Positions 10,650-20,158 of a stretch of DNA of 64,000 nucleotides are shown here, piece after piece; the first letter of the stretch is position 1, and each line of letters starts with the position of its first letter. The stretch is from Thermoproteota archaeon (GTDB lineage Archaea; Korarchaeota; Korarchaeia; Korarchaeales; Korarchaeaceae). A program made the translations under genes and the position numbers. Where the stretch lies: NCBI GenBank assembly GCA_015522685.1, contig WALU01000029.1, positions 2,042 to 66,041 on the forward strand, written 5' to 3'. The notes beneath the pieces were generated by a model. That model did not search any database, was not told where the DNA came from, and worked only from the letters and a program-made list of their open reading frames with translations.

Positions 10650-11522
10650 TTGTCTCAACCTAAATTTCGAACAACTCTCATTGAGGTCTTAAGGAGCATA
10701 CCCGCTGGCAAGGTGACCACTTTTAAGTTAATAGCCGAGGCCATGGGTGATGTTAGAGCTGCATTAGCGGTCAGGAACGAATGCCTAAAGATAGCCGCTG
10801 AAATACCAGAAGTTCCTTGGTGGAGAGTAGTTTCGTCGGAGGAAAAGCCCTTACCGGGGGGTCTCAATAAGATAAGGGAGGAGGGAGGATTAGAAGATCT
10901 CTTAAGCGAGAGGTTCTATACAGGAATTCATGTACAGCCTATCTTCAAGATAATGGCTGAGGATCAGCTTTATCTCGCCAATAAATTGAGCTTGGTTCCA
11001 CTAGAGGAGGTAGAAGTTGCTGCTGGTGTTGATGTAAGTTATGGAGAGGATTACGCAGTCGGCGCCTGTGTAAGCTTAAACAGCAAGCTGGAGATCCTAG
11101 AGGTTAGGTTAGAAAAGTTCATTCCTCAGATACCCTATGTACCTACATACTTAGCATTTAGAGAGTTGAGAGGTATGTATCCTCCTTCCAGATTATGTGA
11201 CCTCGACGTCATATTCGTGGATGGCCATGGCCTTGCTCATCCAAGGAGGTTTGGTGAAGCATCTCACCTAGGTATCATCTTGAATAAGCCTTCTATAGGA
11301 GTGGCTAAATCCAAGCTTGTTGGTAAGATAGAAGGTAATTCCATCTTTCTGGACGGAGATTTAGTGGGCGTTCTGGTAAATGGAGGCTATGTGTCTCCGG
11401 GGCATTTATCTGATGTGAAAAGCAGTAAAGAAATTTCACTGAAATTTTGGAGAGATGGTAAACAACCACTACCTCTCATATTGGCACACAAATATTCTAA
11501 GGAGGCTATACGGGAACACTAA
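10650..11522 (+). CDS. nfi: Alkyltransferase-like (ATL) domain fused to endonuclease V
   Basis: N-terminal IPAGKVTTF...VPWWRVV (W replaces the AGT Cys); C-terminal AGVDVSY, PYVP.YLAFRE, VDGHG.AHPRR.G.ASH.G, SIGVAKS. Confidence 0.87.
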   Translation: MSQPKFRTTLIEVLRSIPAGKVTTFKLIAEAMGDVRAALAVRNECLKIAAEIPEVPWWRVVSSEEKPLPGGLNKIREEGGLEDLLSERFYTGIHVQPIFKIMAEDQLYLANKLSLVPLEEVEVAAGVDVSYGEDYAVGACVSLNSKLEILEVRLEKFIPQIPYVPTYLAFRELRGMYPPSRLCDLDVIFVDGHGLAHPRRFGEASHLGIILNKPSIGVAKSKLVGKIEGNSIFLDGDLVGVLVNGGYVSPGHLSDVKSSKEISLKFWRDGKQPLPLILAHKYSKEAIREH

Positions 11523-12948
11523 TTTCCTTGGGCCTGTTCCTCTCCAGATCAACCTTTAGAAGTACATCCTTACCTTCTGGGCTTATTATCTTGAGCTGGA
11601 GATCTTTTATATTGGAGTAAGCTGTCATTTTACCCTCTAAGTACTTTCTATCATATCTAAATATGCCCTTAACTTTAGATACTGATTTAAATCTCTCTAG
11701 CATCTCTACAGGGGTAGTGACCCATATACCCTTCTCCTGAGCATTTCTGACTAAGGAAATCGCTGATAAGTCATTTAAAGCATCAGCATCCACCAAGCAT
11801 TCCCATTTGGCTATAAAATTGGCAACTCTTCTAGCGGAATCCGTGGTTGAGATTCTAGCCACTACTGGTATGTTCCATACAAGGCCATCTGGTTTGAAGG
11901 GATATCCTATTCCCAATAGAAAGCCTATTCCAGTGGACAGCTCGCCAGCTAGGACATAGCTAGACTGGACGTATGCTGCTGACTTCCATGCATCAACTAA
12001 GGTTGATATTATCCCCTTGAACCTTATCCCTATGTTTCCCCTCTTTATGATATTTGTAAGCTCATCATACTCATCTGACATAGTCATATGGTCTATTGAA
12101 GCTCTAAGAGAGGCAAGAAGACCGACCTCATGCCCATTCTCCTCTAAAGATAGCAATAGACTCTTTACCTTGGGAAGGGTGTAGTCATCGCCCCTGCCTA
12201 CGAAGAATGATAGGAGATCTACCTGCTTTGCGAGGCTTTCTACCCATGACTTTGATCTTTTGAAAGGGTTTAACCTGAATCTTGATCTTCCAGTCCTAAA
12301 AACTGGTACAGATATCGATAGAGCCCCATTATAGCCAGAAGGTGGAACTTTCTTCATAATCAGGGGAAAACCTTCCCTCTTATGAAGGAGCAATATAGCG
12401 GAGAGTAAAAGCTTAGCATGAACGTCTACGATAGGTATTGAAGAGGATGCTCCCCTTATCTCCTCAAGCATCTGTGGACTAAATCTCTTATCGCTAGATT
12501 TTATGCTTCTGATTTTCAAGGAGGACTCTCCTCCTCTAAGGAAATAGCTTACATTCCTAAAGAGATCGTAGCCCAGTAATAAGTTGCTATTCTTGGCATA
12601 AAGGGGAGCCTGTCTGAGGATTTTATCTCCATTGAGCTCGTATTTAACCCCAAAGTAGGGAACTCTCACCTTATTCACGTAAAAGAAGCTAATAGGCTCT
12701 GGTGGAGAATTTTCTATCTCTTTTTTCTCTCCACCATAATAAGAAAGGGCCGTTTCGCCAATAAATATGGAGGGAATCATAACAGGGACGAACCTGATTG
12801 ATTCTGGAAAAATCGCCACGGAATGCCTGAGGGGATCTGGCTCCTCAACTTCCTCCCAGAATAATCCTAATGAATCTAATGCATATTTAACAGCATCCCT
12901 CACGTTCTTGTCTGACGACCTAACAGCAGCAATGTTCGTTGGGACCAC
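11506..12948 (-). CDS. Polysaccharide-deacetylase-like protein, apparently degenerate; probable start GTG 12948
   Basis: PIVDVHA..L then a NodB-like core (FFVG...Y...L...GHEVGL); H/D ligands replaced. The track's upstream extension runs through the tRNA. Confidence 0.5.
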   Translation of the reverse strand: MVPTNIAAVRSSDKNVRDAVKYALDSLGLFWEEVEEPDPLRHSVAIFPESIRFVPVMIPSIFIGETALSYYGGEKKEIENSPPEPISFFYVNKVRVPYFGVKYELNGDKILRQAPLYAKNSNLLLGYDLFRNVSYFLRGGESSLKIRSIKSSDKRFSPQMLEEIRGASSSIPIVDVHAKLLLSAILLLHKREGFPLIMKKVPPSGYNGALSISVPVFRTGRSRFRLNPFKRSKSWVESLAKQVDLLSFFVGRGDDYTLPKVKSLLLSLEENGHEVGLLASLRASIDHMTMSDEYDELTNIIKRGNIGIRFKGIISTLVDAWKSAAYVQSSYVLAGELSTGIGFLLGIGYPFKPDGLVWNIPVVARISTTDSARRVANFIAKWECLVDADALNDLSAISLVRNAQEKGIWVTTPVEMLERFKSVSKVKGIFRYDRKYLEGKMTAYSNIKDLQLKIISPEGKDVLLKVDLERNRPKEISVPV

Positions 12949-12963
12949 GCCCCCTACGGAAGG

Positions 12964-13100
12964 TGGTGGGGCCGGTGGGACTTGAACCCACGCCTTACGG
13001 GTCTCCCCCTCATTGCTCCAATGACTGGAGCCCGCCGCCCTGCCTTTCCAGGGCATTCTCCCCCAATCATAAGGAGAGAGCCAGACTGGGCCACGGCCCC
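12964..13100 (-). tRNA. trnW: tRNA-Trp(CCA) with two introns (38 nt in the D-loop, 13083-13046; 22 nt at 37/38, 13024-13003); CCA end encoded
   Basis: Acceptor GGGGCCG/CGGCCCC, D-stem GCCC/GGGC, anticodon stem GCGGG/CCCGT with CT-CCA-G, T-arm GTGGG TTCAAGT CCCAC, 3' ACCA; spliced length 77 nt. Confidence 0.95.
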
Positions 13101-13129
13101 TAACCCTCCTTCCTTTAAATTAGAGGAGG

Positions 13130-13139
13130 TTATATAAAT
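13130..13139. promoter_or_regulatory. Probable shared bidirectional TATA element for trnW (-) and the ttuA-like gene (+)
   Basis: TTATATAAAT about 30 nt from the tRNA 5' end and about 20-27 nt from ATG 13157. Confidence 0.55.
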
Positions 13140-13156
13140 AGTTTGTTTGATGTTAA

Positions 13157-14044
13157 ATGATGAAATGTCATTACTGCCAGCGAGAGGGTACTATATTCAT
13201 TGAGAATTTGGGGTATTGGACATGCGAAGATCATTTCGAAAGATACTTCCTGAAGAGGGTGGATAGGGTTCTTCGAAAAGTCAAGAGAGGAAGTTCTATA
13301 TTATTCGGGGTATCAGGAGGGAAGGATTCTGTAGCAGCTCTTCATTCTTCTAGCCTATTAGCTGAAAAGTATGATTTAAAGTTGGGAGCAGCTATAGTTT
13401 ACACAGGCTTGGCCTCTGATTGCCTAGAGATATTTAAATCTCTAATTAATGAGCTAGGATTGAAGAACTATGTAATAGATGTGAGAGAGTGGGGTATTAG
13501 GATCCCTCAAGATCCAAGAAGCGCTTGCCTAGTATGTGGAGTAGTAGACAGGTACTTGCTCAATAGGTACGCTATTGAGAAGGGATATAACTACGTCGCC
13601 ACCGGGCACAACCTCGATGATATGGCCTATTTTGGCCTCAATAACCTGATAAATCATTCCTTAGATTACCTCTTTTATCAATATGATTCTGTAACTCCTC
13701 CTCTCCCTGAATATAAGATGGCAGGTAAAGTTAAGCCGCTCTTCTGGCTCAGTGATGCTGACGCTTTAAACTACATCAAGGTTAAGGGACTGCGCACTTG
13801 CCTAACGAAGTGTCCTTATGAGGGTAGGGATAAGCAGGCAGTAATAAAGCCCCTTTTATACCAGATAAGGAGTAGATGGTCCTCTTCCTTGGTAAACTTC
13901 GTCAGTTCCTTGAGAAAGCTTGCTAAAATGTCAGAGCCACCACCTAGAAAAATAAATTTATGCGAGAAGTGCGGTTATCCAACATCAGGTAGAATATGCG
14001 CGTTTTGCAGACTAAGGGAGAAGCTAGGGGAGGAGGTGCTTTGA
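13157..14044 (+). CDS. ttuA: TtuA/Ncs6-family tRNA 2-thiolation protein
   Basis: N- and C-terminal Zn fingers, PP-loop SGGKDS, CLVC, ATGHNLDD, CPY. Confidence 0.82.
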   Translation: MMKCHYCQREGTIFIENLGYWTCEDHFERYFLKRVDRVLRKVKRGSSILFGVSGGKDSVAALHSSSLLAEKYDLKLGAAIVYTGLASDCLEIFKSLINELGLKNYVIDVREWGIRIPQDPRSACLVCGVVDRYLLNRYAIEKGYNYVATGHNLDDMAYFGLNNLINHSLDYLFYQYDSVTPPLPEYKMAGKVKPLFWLSDADALNYIKVKGLRTCLTKCPYEGRDKQAVIKPLLYQIRSRWSSSLVNFVSSLRKLAKMSEPPPRKINLCEKCGYPTSGRICAFCRLREKLGEEVL

Positions 14045-14806
14045 ATGAGAATGAAATTGTTTGATTCTCATTGCCACCTAGAGGACAATGCCTTTGATTC
14101 AGATAGAGATGAAGTCCTTAAGAGGGCCATTGGTAGCGGTATAGTAGGTATAGTAACCTCTCCTATATATCCAAGAGACTCCACTAAAGCATTGAATTTA
14201 TTCAGGAAAAGTAGTATTGTCAAGATTTCCATAGGCTTGGATGTAGCTGAATATGGCGATGATGAGAAGGTGAATATAACCTTAGATCTTACTAGGAAGC
14301 ATAGCGAGGAGATAGTTGCTGTTGGTGAGGTCGGCCTGGATTACAGAGTTGCAAGAAGAGGCCCTTCTAAGGAGAAGCAAAAAGAGGTATTTAGGAAATT
14401 CATAGGACTAGCTAAGGAGCTAGATAAGCCCCTAGTAGTGCATAGCTTATGGGCACAAAGACCCGTCCTTAGGATTCTTGATAAGGAAGGTGTAGAGAGA
14501 GTGATACTCCATGCATTTGGAGGAAAGAGCGAGGACGTTGAGTTTGCGGTGAATAGAGGGTGGATGGTAAGTATTCCAACAAACGTAGTTAGGTCGAATA
14601 ATGTTCAAAAAGTCGCTTTAGCAACACCTTTAGATCATATAGTCCTAGAGTCTGACTCCCCAGTCTTGGCGCCGGATCCCAACCAGAGAAATGAGCCTGC
14701 CAACATAAAGATCTCAGCTAGATTCATAGCTGATATGAAAGGATACGATGCCGAGGAGTTAGCTAAAGTAGTTACTTATAACGCCATTAAGGTGTACGGA
14801 TTGTGA
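14045..14806 (+). CDS. tatD: TatD-family nuclease
   Basis: DSHCHL, VGEVGLDY, VVHS, ILHAF, LESDSP...RNEP. Confidence 0.9.
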   Translation: MRMKLFDSHCHLEDNAFDSDRDEVLKRAIGSGIVGIVTSPIYPRDSTKALNLFRKSSIVKISIGLDVAEYGDDEKVNITLDLTRKHSEEIVAVGEVGLDYRVARRGPSKEKQKEVFRKFIGLAKELDKPLVVHSLWAQRPVLRILDKEGVERVILHAFGGKSEDVEFAVNRGWMVSIPTNVVRSNNVQKVALATPLDHIVLESDSPVLAPDPNQRNEPANIKISARFIADMKGYDAEELAKVVTYNAIKVYGL

Positions 14807-15615
14807 GCAGGAAGAAGTTTACGAGAATCCCCTACGATCTTGTAGGATCTAGGGAAACCGGTGCAGTAGCTGTTGTTGAGGTACCTGAGGGTTTATCCCC
14901 TTCGGATGTAGCAAGGAATGTGATGAAGAGGCACCCTCATGTGAAATCCGTGCTTAAGAAGGAAGGAGCTAGAGAAGGGGATTTCAGGATCAGACCTTTC
15001 AGTCTCATAGCTGGTTCGGAGGATACAGAAGTCATACACAAGGAATATGGTTACAAGTTGAAGCTCGATCCCAGATACGTTTATTTTTCGCCTAGGGAGG
15101 CCACAGAGAGACAGTTTATAGCAGAGCAGGTTAAAGATGGTGAATTTGTTCTAGTTATGTTCGCAGGAGTGGGACCCTATGCCATAGCCATAGCCAAGGC
15201 TAAAAAGGCAGAAGTTGTAGGAATTGAGTTAAATCCCATAGCTACAAGATACTTTCAGGAAAACGTTCTCCTTAATAAGATTGGTTATAAAGTATTTCCG
15301 ATAGAGGGAGATGTAGCCTTTGTAACTCCAGCTTTATATGGGCACTTTGATAGGGTAGTGATGCCGCTTCCAAAGGGAGCTTATCTTTTCATTCCATATG
15401 CTATTAGGGCCTTAAAAAAGGAGGGAGGAGTCATTCATTTTTACTATTGGGGAGGCCAAGATGCTTTCAGAAGGGCTGAGGGGATGTTTCAAGCCGAAGC
15501 CATGAAGATAGGATGGGGAGCTGCCTCTACCGGATTCAGAATAGTTTCCAGTTATTCCCCACGAATTTATAAGATAAGAGTGGATTTTTTGATAAAACCG
15601 ACGGACATCAAGTAA
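14803..15615 (+). CDS. trm5: Trm5/Taw2-family tRNA-37 SAM-dependent transferase
   Basis: H.EYG...KLD...VYFSPR..TER, MFAGVGPY, ELNP.A, FDRVVMPLP. Confidence 0.85.
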   Translation: MSRKKFTRIPYDLVGSRETGAVAVVEVPEGLSPSDVARNVMKRHPHVKSVLKKEGAREGDFRIRPFSLIAGSEDTEVIHKEYGYKLKLDPRYVYFSPREATERQFIAEQVKDGEFVLVMFAGVGPYAIAIAKAKKAEVVGIELNPIATRYFQENVLLNKIGYKVFPIEGDVAFVTPALYGHFDRVVMPLPKGAYLFIPYAIRALKKEGGVIHFYYWGGQDAFRRAEGMFQAEAMKIGWGAASTGFRIVSSYSPRIYKIRVDFLIKPTDIK

Positions 15616-15670
15616 ATTTTTAAAATGTAGGTTTTTAGTTCTATCTTGCCCTTAAAATGGGGGGTTATCA

Positions 15671-16453
15671 TTGGATGGAAATTCATCAGGAAATAGATCT
15701 ACTGTTTTCGACCATTATGAAGACCAGTTGAATAAAAAAGTTGAAGAACATTTAAAATATTTATCCAAAATATATCCATTGGATGAAGGTCCTGTATTTG
15801 ATCTTCTGACATCATATAAGAAAAACATGGAGGCGATAAATCACATCCCGATGCTTATAACTAACAGCCTCACAGACCTCTTCAGGATAAAAAAAGAGAA
15901 TTTTACCTCCCAATTCCAACAGGATATATCCTTCCTAATAAAATCCAAGGAGGTAAGGGAACTAGAGGAGAGGGAGATAGCTGTCATTACTCAGGCTGTG
16001 AAGGATCTTATGGAAGCTCTTTTTTCCATAATAATAAATAAAACTGGAGAAACCTTATCTAGCTATCTAAAATGGATGCCTAAGAGCAACGATACAGCAA
16101 ACGGTACCGTTGAGGAAGTAAAAGATTTCTTTGCCAGGCTGATGTATGAGATAGCAAAAGCTAGAGCTGAAAGAGACTTGTATAAGGAAGAAGTTGTATC
16201 TTTAAAGAAAGCGATGACTCCCCAAGTCAGTGGGAAGTATAGAGTACTACGAGTATTGGAAGAAGCTGGAAAACCCCTGAGACCAGTTGAGATTGCGTCT
16301 AGGCTTGAACTAGCAGAAGTAACGGTGAGGCGATACCTTAAAGACCTAATGGCAGAAGAATTTATAGCTAGAAATGAGAGCAGGAAGCCTTATACTTATA
16401 GGCTGGTGGATAGGAATTGGCTATCAAGGATCACGGGAAGAAGAAGGAAGTAG
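15671..16453 (+). CDS. Helical/coiled-coil protein with a C-terminal winged HTH
   Basis: KYRVLRVLEEAGKPLRPVEIASRLELAEVTVRRYLKDL...GFI-type wHTH; preceding heptad-like segment. Confidence 0.65.
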   Translation: MDGNSSGNRSTVFDHYEDQLNKKVEEHLKYLSKIYPLDEGPVFDLLTSYKKNMEAINHIPMLITNSLTDLFRIKKENFTSQFQQDISFLIKSKEVRELEEREIAVITQAVKDLMEALFSIIINKTGETLSSYLKWMPKSNDTANGTVEEVKDFFARLMYEIAKARAERDLYKEEVVSLKKAMTPQVSGKYRVLRVLEEAGKPLRPVEIASRLELAEVTVRRYLKDLMAEEFIARNESRKPYTYRLVDRNWLSRITGRRRK

Positions 16454-16683
16454 TAGTGCTTGTTTCCCCCATATGTGAATATTCGTTGAATGTCACTGTA
16501 TCCCTCAAGAAGTGGGCTAAGAGACTAGGCTTTAATTTTAGGGAGATCTCTCTTCTAGAGCCTGAGGGACAAGAGTACGTACTAGAACTTGGGATAAGGA
16601 GAGCGCCCGCTCTGATAATTGACGGAAAGCTGATCTCTGAGGGAAAGATAAGGCTCCCTGGTGTTGAAGAAATTGAAAACTGA
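16417..16683 (+). CDS. Thioredoxin/glutaredoxin-like small protein with a single Cys
   Basis: SPIC at the CxxC position; cis-Pro motif RRAPALIIDGK. Confidence 0.6.
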   Translation: MAIKDHGKKKEVVVLVSPICEYSLNVTVSLKKWAKRLGFNFREISLLEPEGQEYVLELGIRRAPALIIDGKLISEGKIRLPGVEEIEN

Positions 16684-17794
16684 TTTTTTGATCATTGGGG
16701 GAGGAATTTCTGGTTCTTCTCTGGCATATCTTCTTGCCAAATTGGGTTTTGATGTCACTATAGCAGAAAAGAAGTCAAAGATTGGATACCCACATCATTG
16801 CTCGGGAATTCTTGGCTTAGAGGCGATAAGTGAGTTAGTTCACTTTGATGAGGATTGGGTTTTATCTGAAATTAATTGGGCAAGATTCATATCTCCTAGA
16901 GGAATATCCTTGGAGATAAGGAAGCCTCTCGCTAAGGTTGTAGATAGAGAGTCTATGGATAGAGATACTTGGGAGATGGCTTTATCTGAGGGTGCAAAGG
17001 GCCTGCTCTCGTCTCCCTTTAAGGGATTTCTATCCAGAGATGAAGCCAGGGTAGGAAGAAGTAGTATTCATTTTGAGGCCTTGATAGGAGCTGATGGTAC
17101 TCTCTCTAAAGTGTCAGAGCTTATAGGTTTCGAAAAACTGCCATTTGAATTAGGAATCCAGAGATTGCTGAGGGGCAGGCCAGGGAATGGCTATATAGTG
17201 AAGATAATAAGAGGAAGCAAATTTACTTGGTTGCAGCCTTGGAGGGAGGGAAGAAAAGCGGGAGCCCTTGGAGATCCTAAAGATAACCTATTATTGTGGA
17301 CATATTCAATTAGCGATGAAAGATCGAGAGGATACGAGGGAGGATTGTTACCTGCAAAAACAAGGAGGAGGTTCCATAAGGGGAAGGTAGCGCTAATAGG
17401 AGATGCTGCCGGACAGATAAAGCCAATAAGTAGGGGAGGAGTCCTCTTAGCATCCAGAGCTGCTCGTATATTGGCAGAATCAGTATCTAGAAGAGAGGAT
17501 ATTGAGAGAGCCTTTAGGAGATATGAATCTAAATGGTGGAGGATTAATGGAAGGGAGATAATCTTAGGAAGGAGTATACGTATATACCTGGATCTGCTTT
17601 CGCCAAGCAAGATAGACAAGATATTTTCCCTGCTTAAGGAGGATGAAGATCTCTTGGAAAGGGAATTTGAGGTCGATAGACAAACTGCCCTTCTTTTAGC
17701 CCTTCCTGCTGTAAAAATTCTTAAATTAGCTACTGAGGATATTGCTGCAGGCGCTTCGGCTATAGCTGAGATGATTAAGTACATCGTACGGTGA
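16661..17794 (+). CDS. Geranylgeranyl-reductase-family FAD oxidoreductase
   Basis: IIGGGISG, IG.P.HCSG, DR..MD, GADG..S.V, ALIGDAAGQ.KP..GG. Confidence 0.82.
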   Translation: MLKKLKTDFLIIGGGISGSSLAYLLAKLGFDVTIAEKKSKIGYPHHCSGILGLEAISELVHFDEDWVLSEINWARFISPRGISLEIRKPLAKVVDRESMDRDTWEMALSEGAKGLLSSPFKGFLSRDEARVGRSSIHFEALIGADGTLSKVSELIGFEKLPFELGIQRLLRGRPGNGYIVKIIRGSKFTWLQPWREGRKAGALGDPKDNLLLWTYSISDERSRGYEGGLLPAKTRRRFHKGKVALIGDAAGQIKPISRGGVLLASRAARILAESVSRREDIERAFRRYESKWWRINGREIILGRSIRIYLDLLSPSKIDKIFSLLKEDEDLLEREFEVDRQTALLLALPAVKILKLATEDIAAGASAIAEMIKYIVR

Positions 17795-18447
17795 GTGCTA
17801 TGGTAACGCTCATGAATGTCTTGTTAGGGTTAGGTGTAGGTCTATCCATTTTAGTTTTACTGAAAATGTACTCTAATGTACCAGATGTTACAAATTTACT
17901 GCTTTCAGCTAATATAGGTATATATATCATAACAGCTCCCACCCTATTCAAGGCGAATGTAGGGATCCTTCGCTGGTACGGCAGTTCCGGTATCTATCTC
18001 CTGACTGGAAGATATGAGACCCTTATTACATCCATGTTCCTGCATGCGAATATCCTCCATATAGGCCTCAATATGTACGCTCTTTATATTCTGGGGAAGG
18101 TAGTCGAGCTGTCCATGGGAAAGTGGAAATACCTCCTCATGTACTTCGCTTCTGGTATAGTGGGAAATCTTCTTTCAGCCTTTCTGGACGTGAGAGCAGT
18201 TGGTGTAGGCGCATCTGGTGCAATAATGGGATTGTTAGGTTACATGGTGGCTATGGAGTACAGGATGACGGGAAAATTAAGCACTTCCACTGTATTCATA
18301 GCCCTCTTTGTTATATTTGGAGGGTTCTCCGCTAACGTTGACATATGGGCTCATGCAGGAGGATTCACAGTTGGATTAATATGGGGGCTCATGAGAAAGT
18401 TCAGATCTCAGCCTAGATATGGAGTTAGCTATGACCTCTATTACTGA
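17791..18447 (+). CDS. Rhomboid intramembrane serine protease
   Basis: TSMFLHAN..H...NM, GASG, AHAGG. Confidence 0.9.
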   Translation: MSAMVTLMNVLLGLGVGLSILVLLKMYSNVPDVTNLLLSANIGIYIITAPTLFKANVGILRWYGSSGIYLLTGRYETLITSMFLHANILHIGLNMYALYILGKVVELSMGKWKYLLMYFASGIVGNLLSAFLDVRAVGVGASGAIMGLLGYMVAMEYRMTGKLSTSTVFIALFVIFGGFSANVDIWAHAGGFTVGLIWGLMRKFRSQPRYGVSYDLYY

Positions 18448-18811
18448 GGTAATAAGCGGGGAGCACAAAATCCTCCTCCTCTTTTTAAGCAGGAAAATCA
18501 AACAGCTAAGGGGTATCATGTTCAAGGTGAAGGAGGCAAGGAATATTAGTGATGTTTCATGGGCTCCAGGATTGAAGCTGGTTCATCTTAAGAACGATCA
18601 AAAATGGCCAGATCAGTTTTATTCGGAGGAGGGTTATCATGTAGAGTTAAAGGCCCCTCTTTCTTATTACAAGGGTAGTTGGGTATCTCCGAGGGGGGTG
18701 TATGCTCTGGCTGACTATGAAATAGTTTTAAAGGGAAAGAGGATTAAAGTAAGGAGAGTTGTGCATGAGAGCGACCTTTACTTCCTAAAGGTTATTCAGG
18801 AGATGCTTTAA
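18419..18811 (+). CDS. Hypothetical protein (start may be ATG 18431)
   Basis: ORF fills the gap within the operon and overlaps the rhomboid stop. Confidence 0.55.
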   Translation: MELAMTSITEVISGEHKILLLFLSRKIKQLRGIMFKVKEARNISDVSWAPGLKLVHLKNDQKWPDQFYSEEGYHVELKAPLSYYKGSWVSPRGVYALADYEIVLKGKRIKVRRVVHESDLYFLKVIQEML

Positions 18812-18843
18812 TATATCCATGTTGATCAGCATAGGCGAAAAGA

Positions 18844-19395
18844 ATGTCCATAGCCAATCTGGTTCTAGTTCCAGCTGGATTCATTTATCATTGGATCCTG
18901 GAGTTTCTGGCTGATAAGATGCCTAAGGCCTTTCCAGTCGAGGTTAGAATAGATTTTAATAGTGTAGAGATCCCTCCTTTGTTATATAACCCTGAAAACT
19001 CCCAACTTAAAAGTGAAGATTTTCTAAGGTATTTGAGGAGTATAGATAGGTGGGCATCTGATGAGAAAATTCTTGTTATCATAGATGATGATGCCTTTGC
19101 TCCCGGAACTAACTTTGTCTTTGGCCAGGCAGAGCTAGGGGGAAGATTTGGAGCTGTTTATCTATCCAGGCTTAGGCCTGAGTTTTATGGGGAGAGGGAA
19201 AATAAGCCTCTCTTTCTCCTGAGGGCCTTGAAGGAGGCAAATCATGAGCTAGGTCACCTCCTAGGGTTAAGGCATTGCTCAACCTCCAACTGTGTCATGA
19301 GATTTAGCTTGTCCATCTGGGATGTAGATAAGAAGGATTGGAAACCATGCGATAGATGTCTTTCTAAATTAGGTGTCATAAATGTCAGAACTTAG
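18844..19395 (+). CDS. amzA: Archaemetzincin zinc metalloprotease
   Basis: NFVFGQA, HELGHLLGLRHC..SNCVM.FS....DVD.K....CDRC. Confidence 0.9.
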   Translation: MSIANLVLVPAGFIYHWILEFLADKMPKAFPVEVRIDFNSVEIPPLLYNPENSQLKSEDFLRYLRSIDRWASDEKILVIIDDDAFAPGTNFVFGQAELGGRFGAVYLSRLRPEFYGERENKPLFLLRALKEANHELGHLLGLRHCSTSNCVMRFSLSIWDVDKKDWKPCDRCLSKLGVINVRT

Positions 19396-20158
19396 GTTAG
19401 AGGATTATGATCTTCTCCTCATAGATCTTGATGGAGTTGTTTGGCTTAGAAATGAGCCAATAGCTGGAGCAGTAGAGACATTGAATAGGATCCATGATGG
19501 TGAGAAAATAGAGATTAGGTTCGTCACAAACAACTCGACTAGGCATAGGAAGGAGGTAGCAGAGACTCTCAGGAGAATTGGCATAAGATGGGCTGAGCAG
19601 TATCACGTCATAACTAGTGCAAGTACTCTAGCGGATCTCTCTTCAGTAATAGGCATCGAGAGATGTTTTATTGTGGGGGAGCAGGGCTTGTTAATGGAGC
19701 TGGAGGAGGAAGGAGTGGATATAGGAGGTAAGGGGGATGTATGCGTTGGGATGGACAGGAACTTCAATTATCAGAAGCTAACAACTGCTCTGAGGAACAT
19801 CTTAGCAGGGGGTCTCTTTCTAGCGACTAATGAGGATAGAACCTTTCCAACACCAGATGGTCCAATACCAGGAGCCGGTTCCATGGTCTCAGCAATATCT
19901 GGGGCGTGTGGACGGCCCCCAGATATCGTTATCGGAAAACCAAATCCTATAATGTTCTTAAGGATCTCTATTCAGACTGGAGCCAAAAGACCCTTAGTAA
20001 TAGGAGATAGAATAGAGACTGACGTCCTAGGAGCGTTGAGAGCTGGTATGGATTCAGCTCTTGTTTTGACCGGTGCTGCTAAAGATTTGAGGGAGGTAAA
20101 ACCACGCCCAAAGTACGTGCTGAGAAGCTTGAGGGATTTATTGAAATCTGGGGAATGA
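19382..20158 (+). CDS. HAD-IIA (NagD-like) phosphatase
   Basis: DLDGVVW, VTNNS, ATNED...P...G..PGAG, IGKP, VIGDRIETDV.GA. Confidence 0.9.
   Translation: MSELRLEDYDLLLIDLDGVVWLRNEPIAGAVETLNRIHDGEKIEIRFVTNNSTRHRKEVAETLRRIGIRWAEQYHVITSASTLADLSSVIGIERCFIVGEQGLLMELEEEGVDIGGKGDVCVGMDRNFNYQKLTTALRNILAGGLFLATNEDRTFPTPDGPIPGAGSMVSAISGACGRPPDIVIGKPNPIMFLRISIQTGAKRPLVIGDRIETDVLGALRAGMDSALVLTGAAKDLREVKPRPKYVLRSLRDLLKSGE

Noticed and set aside
12949-13056. N-terminal 36 codons of the 516-aa track ORF
   Set aside because: They run through the tRNA-Trp gene; GTG 12948 with an SD-like element is the better start.
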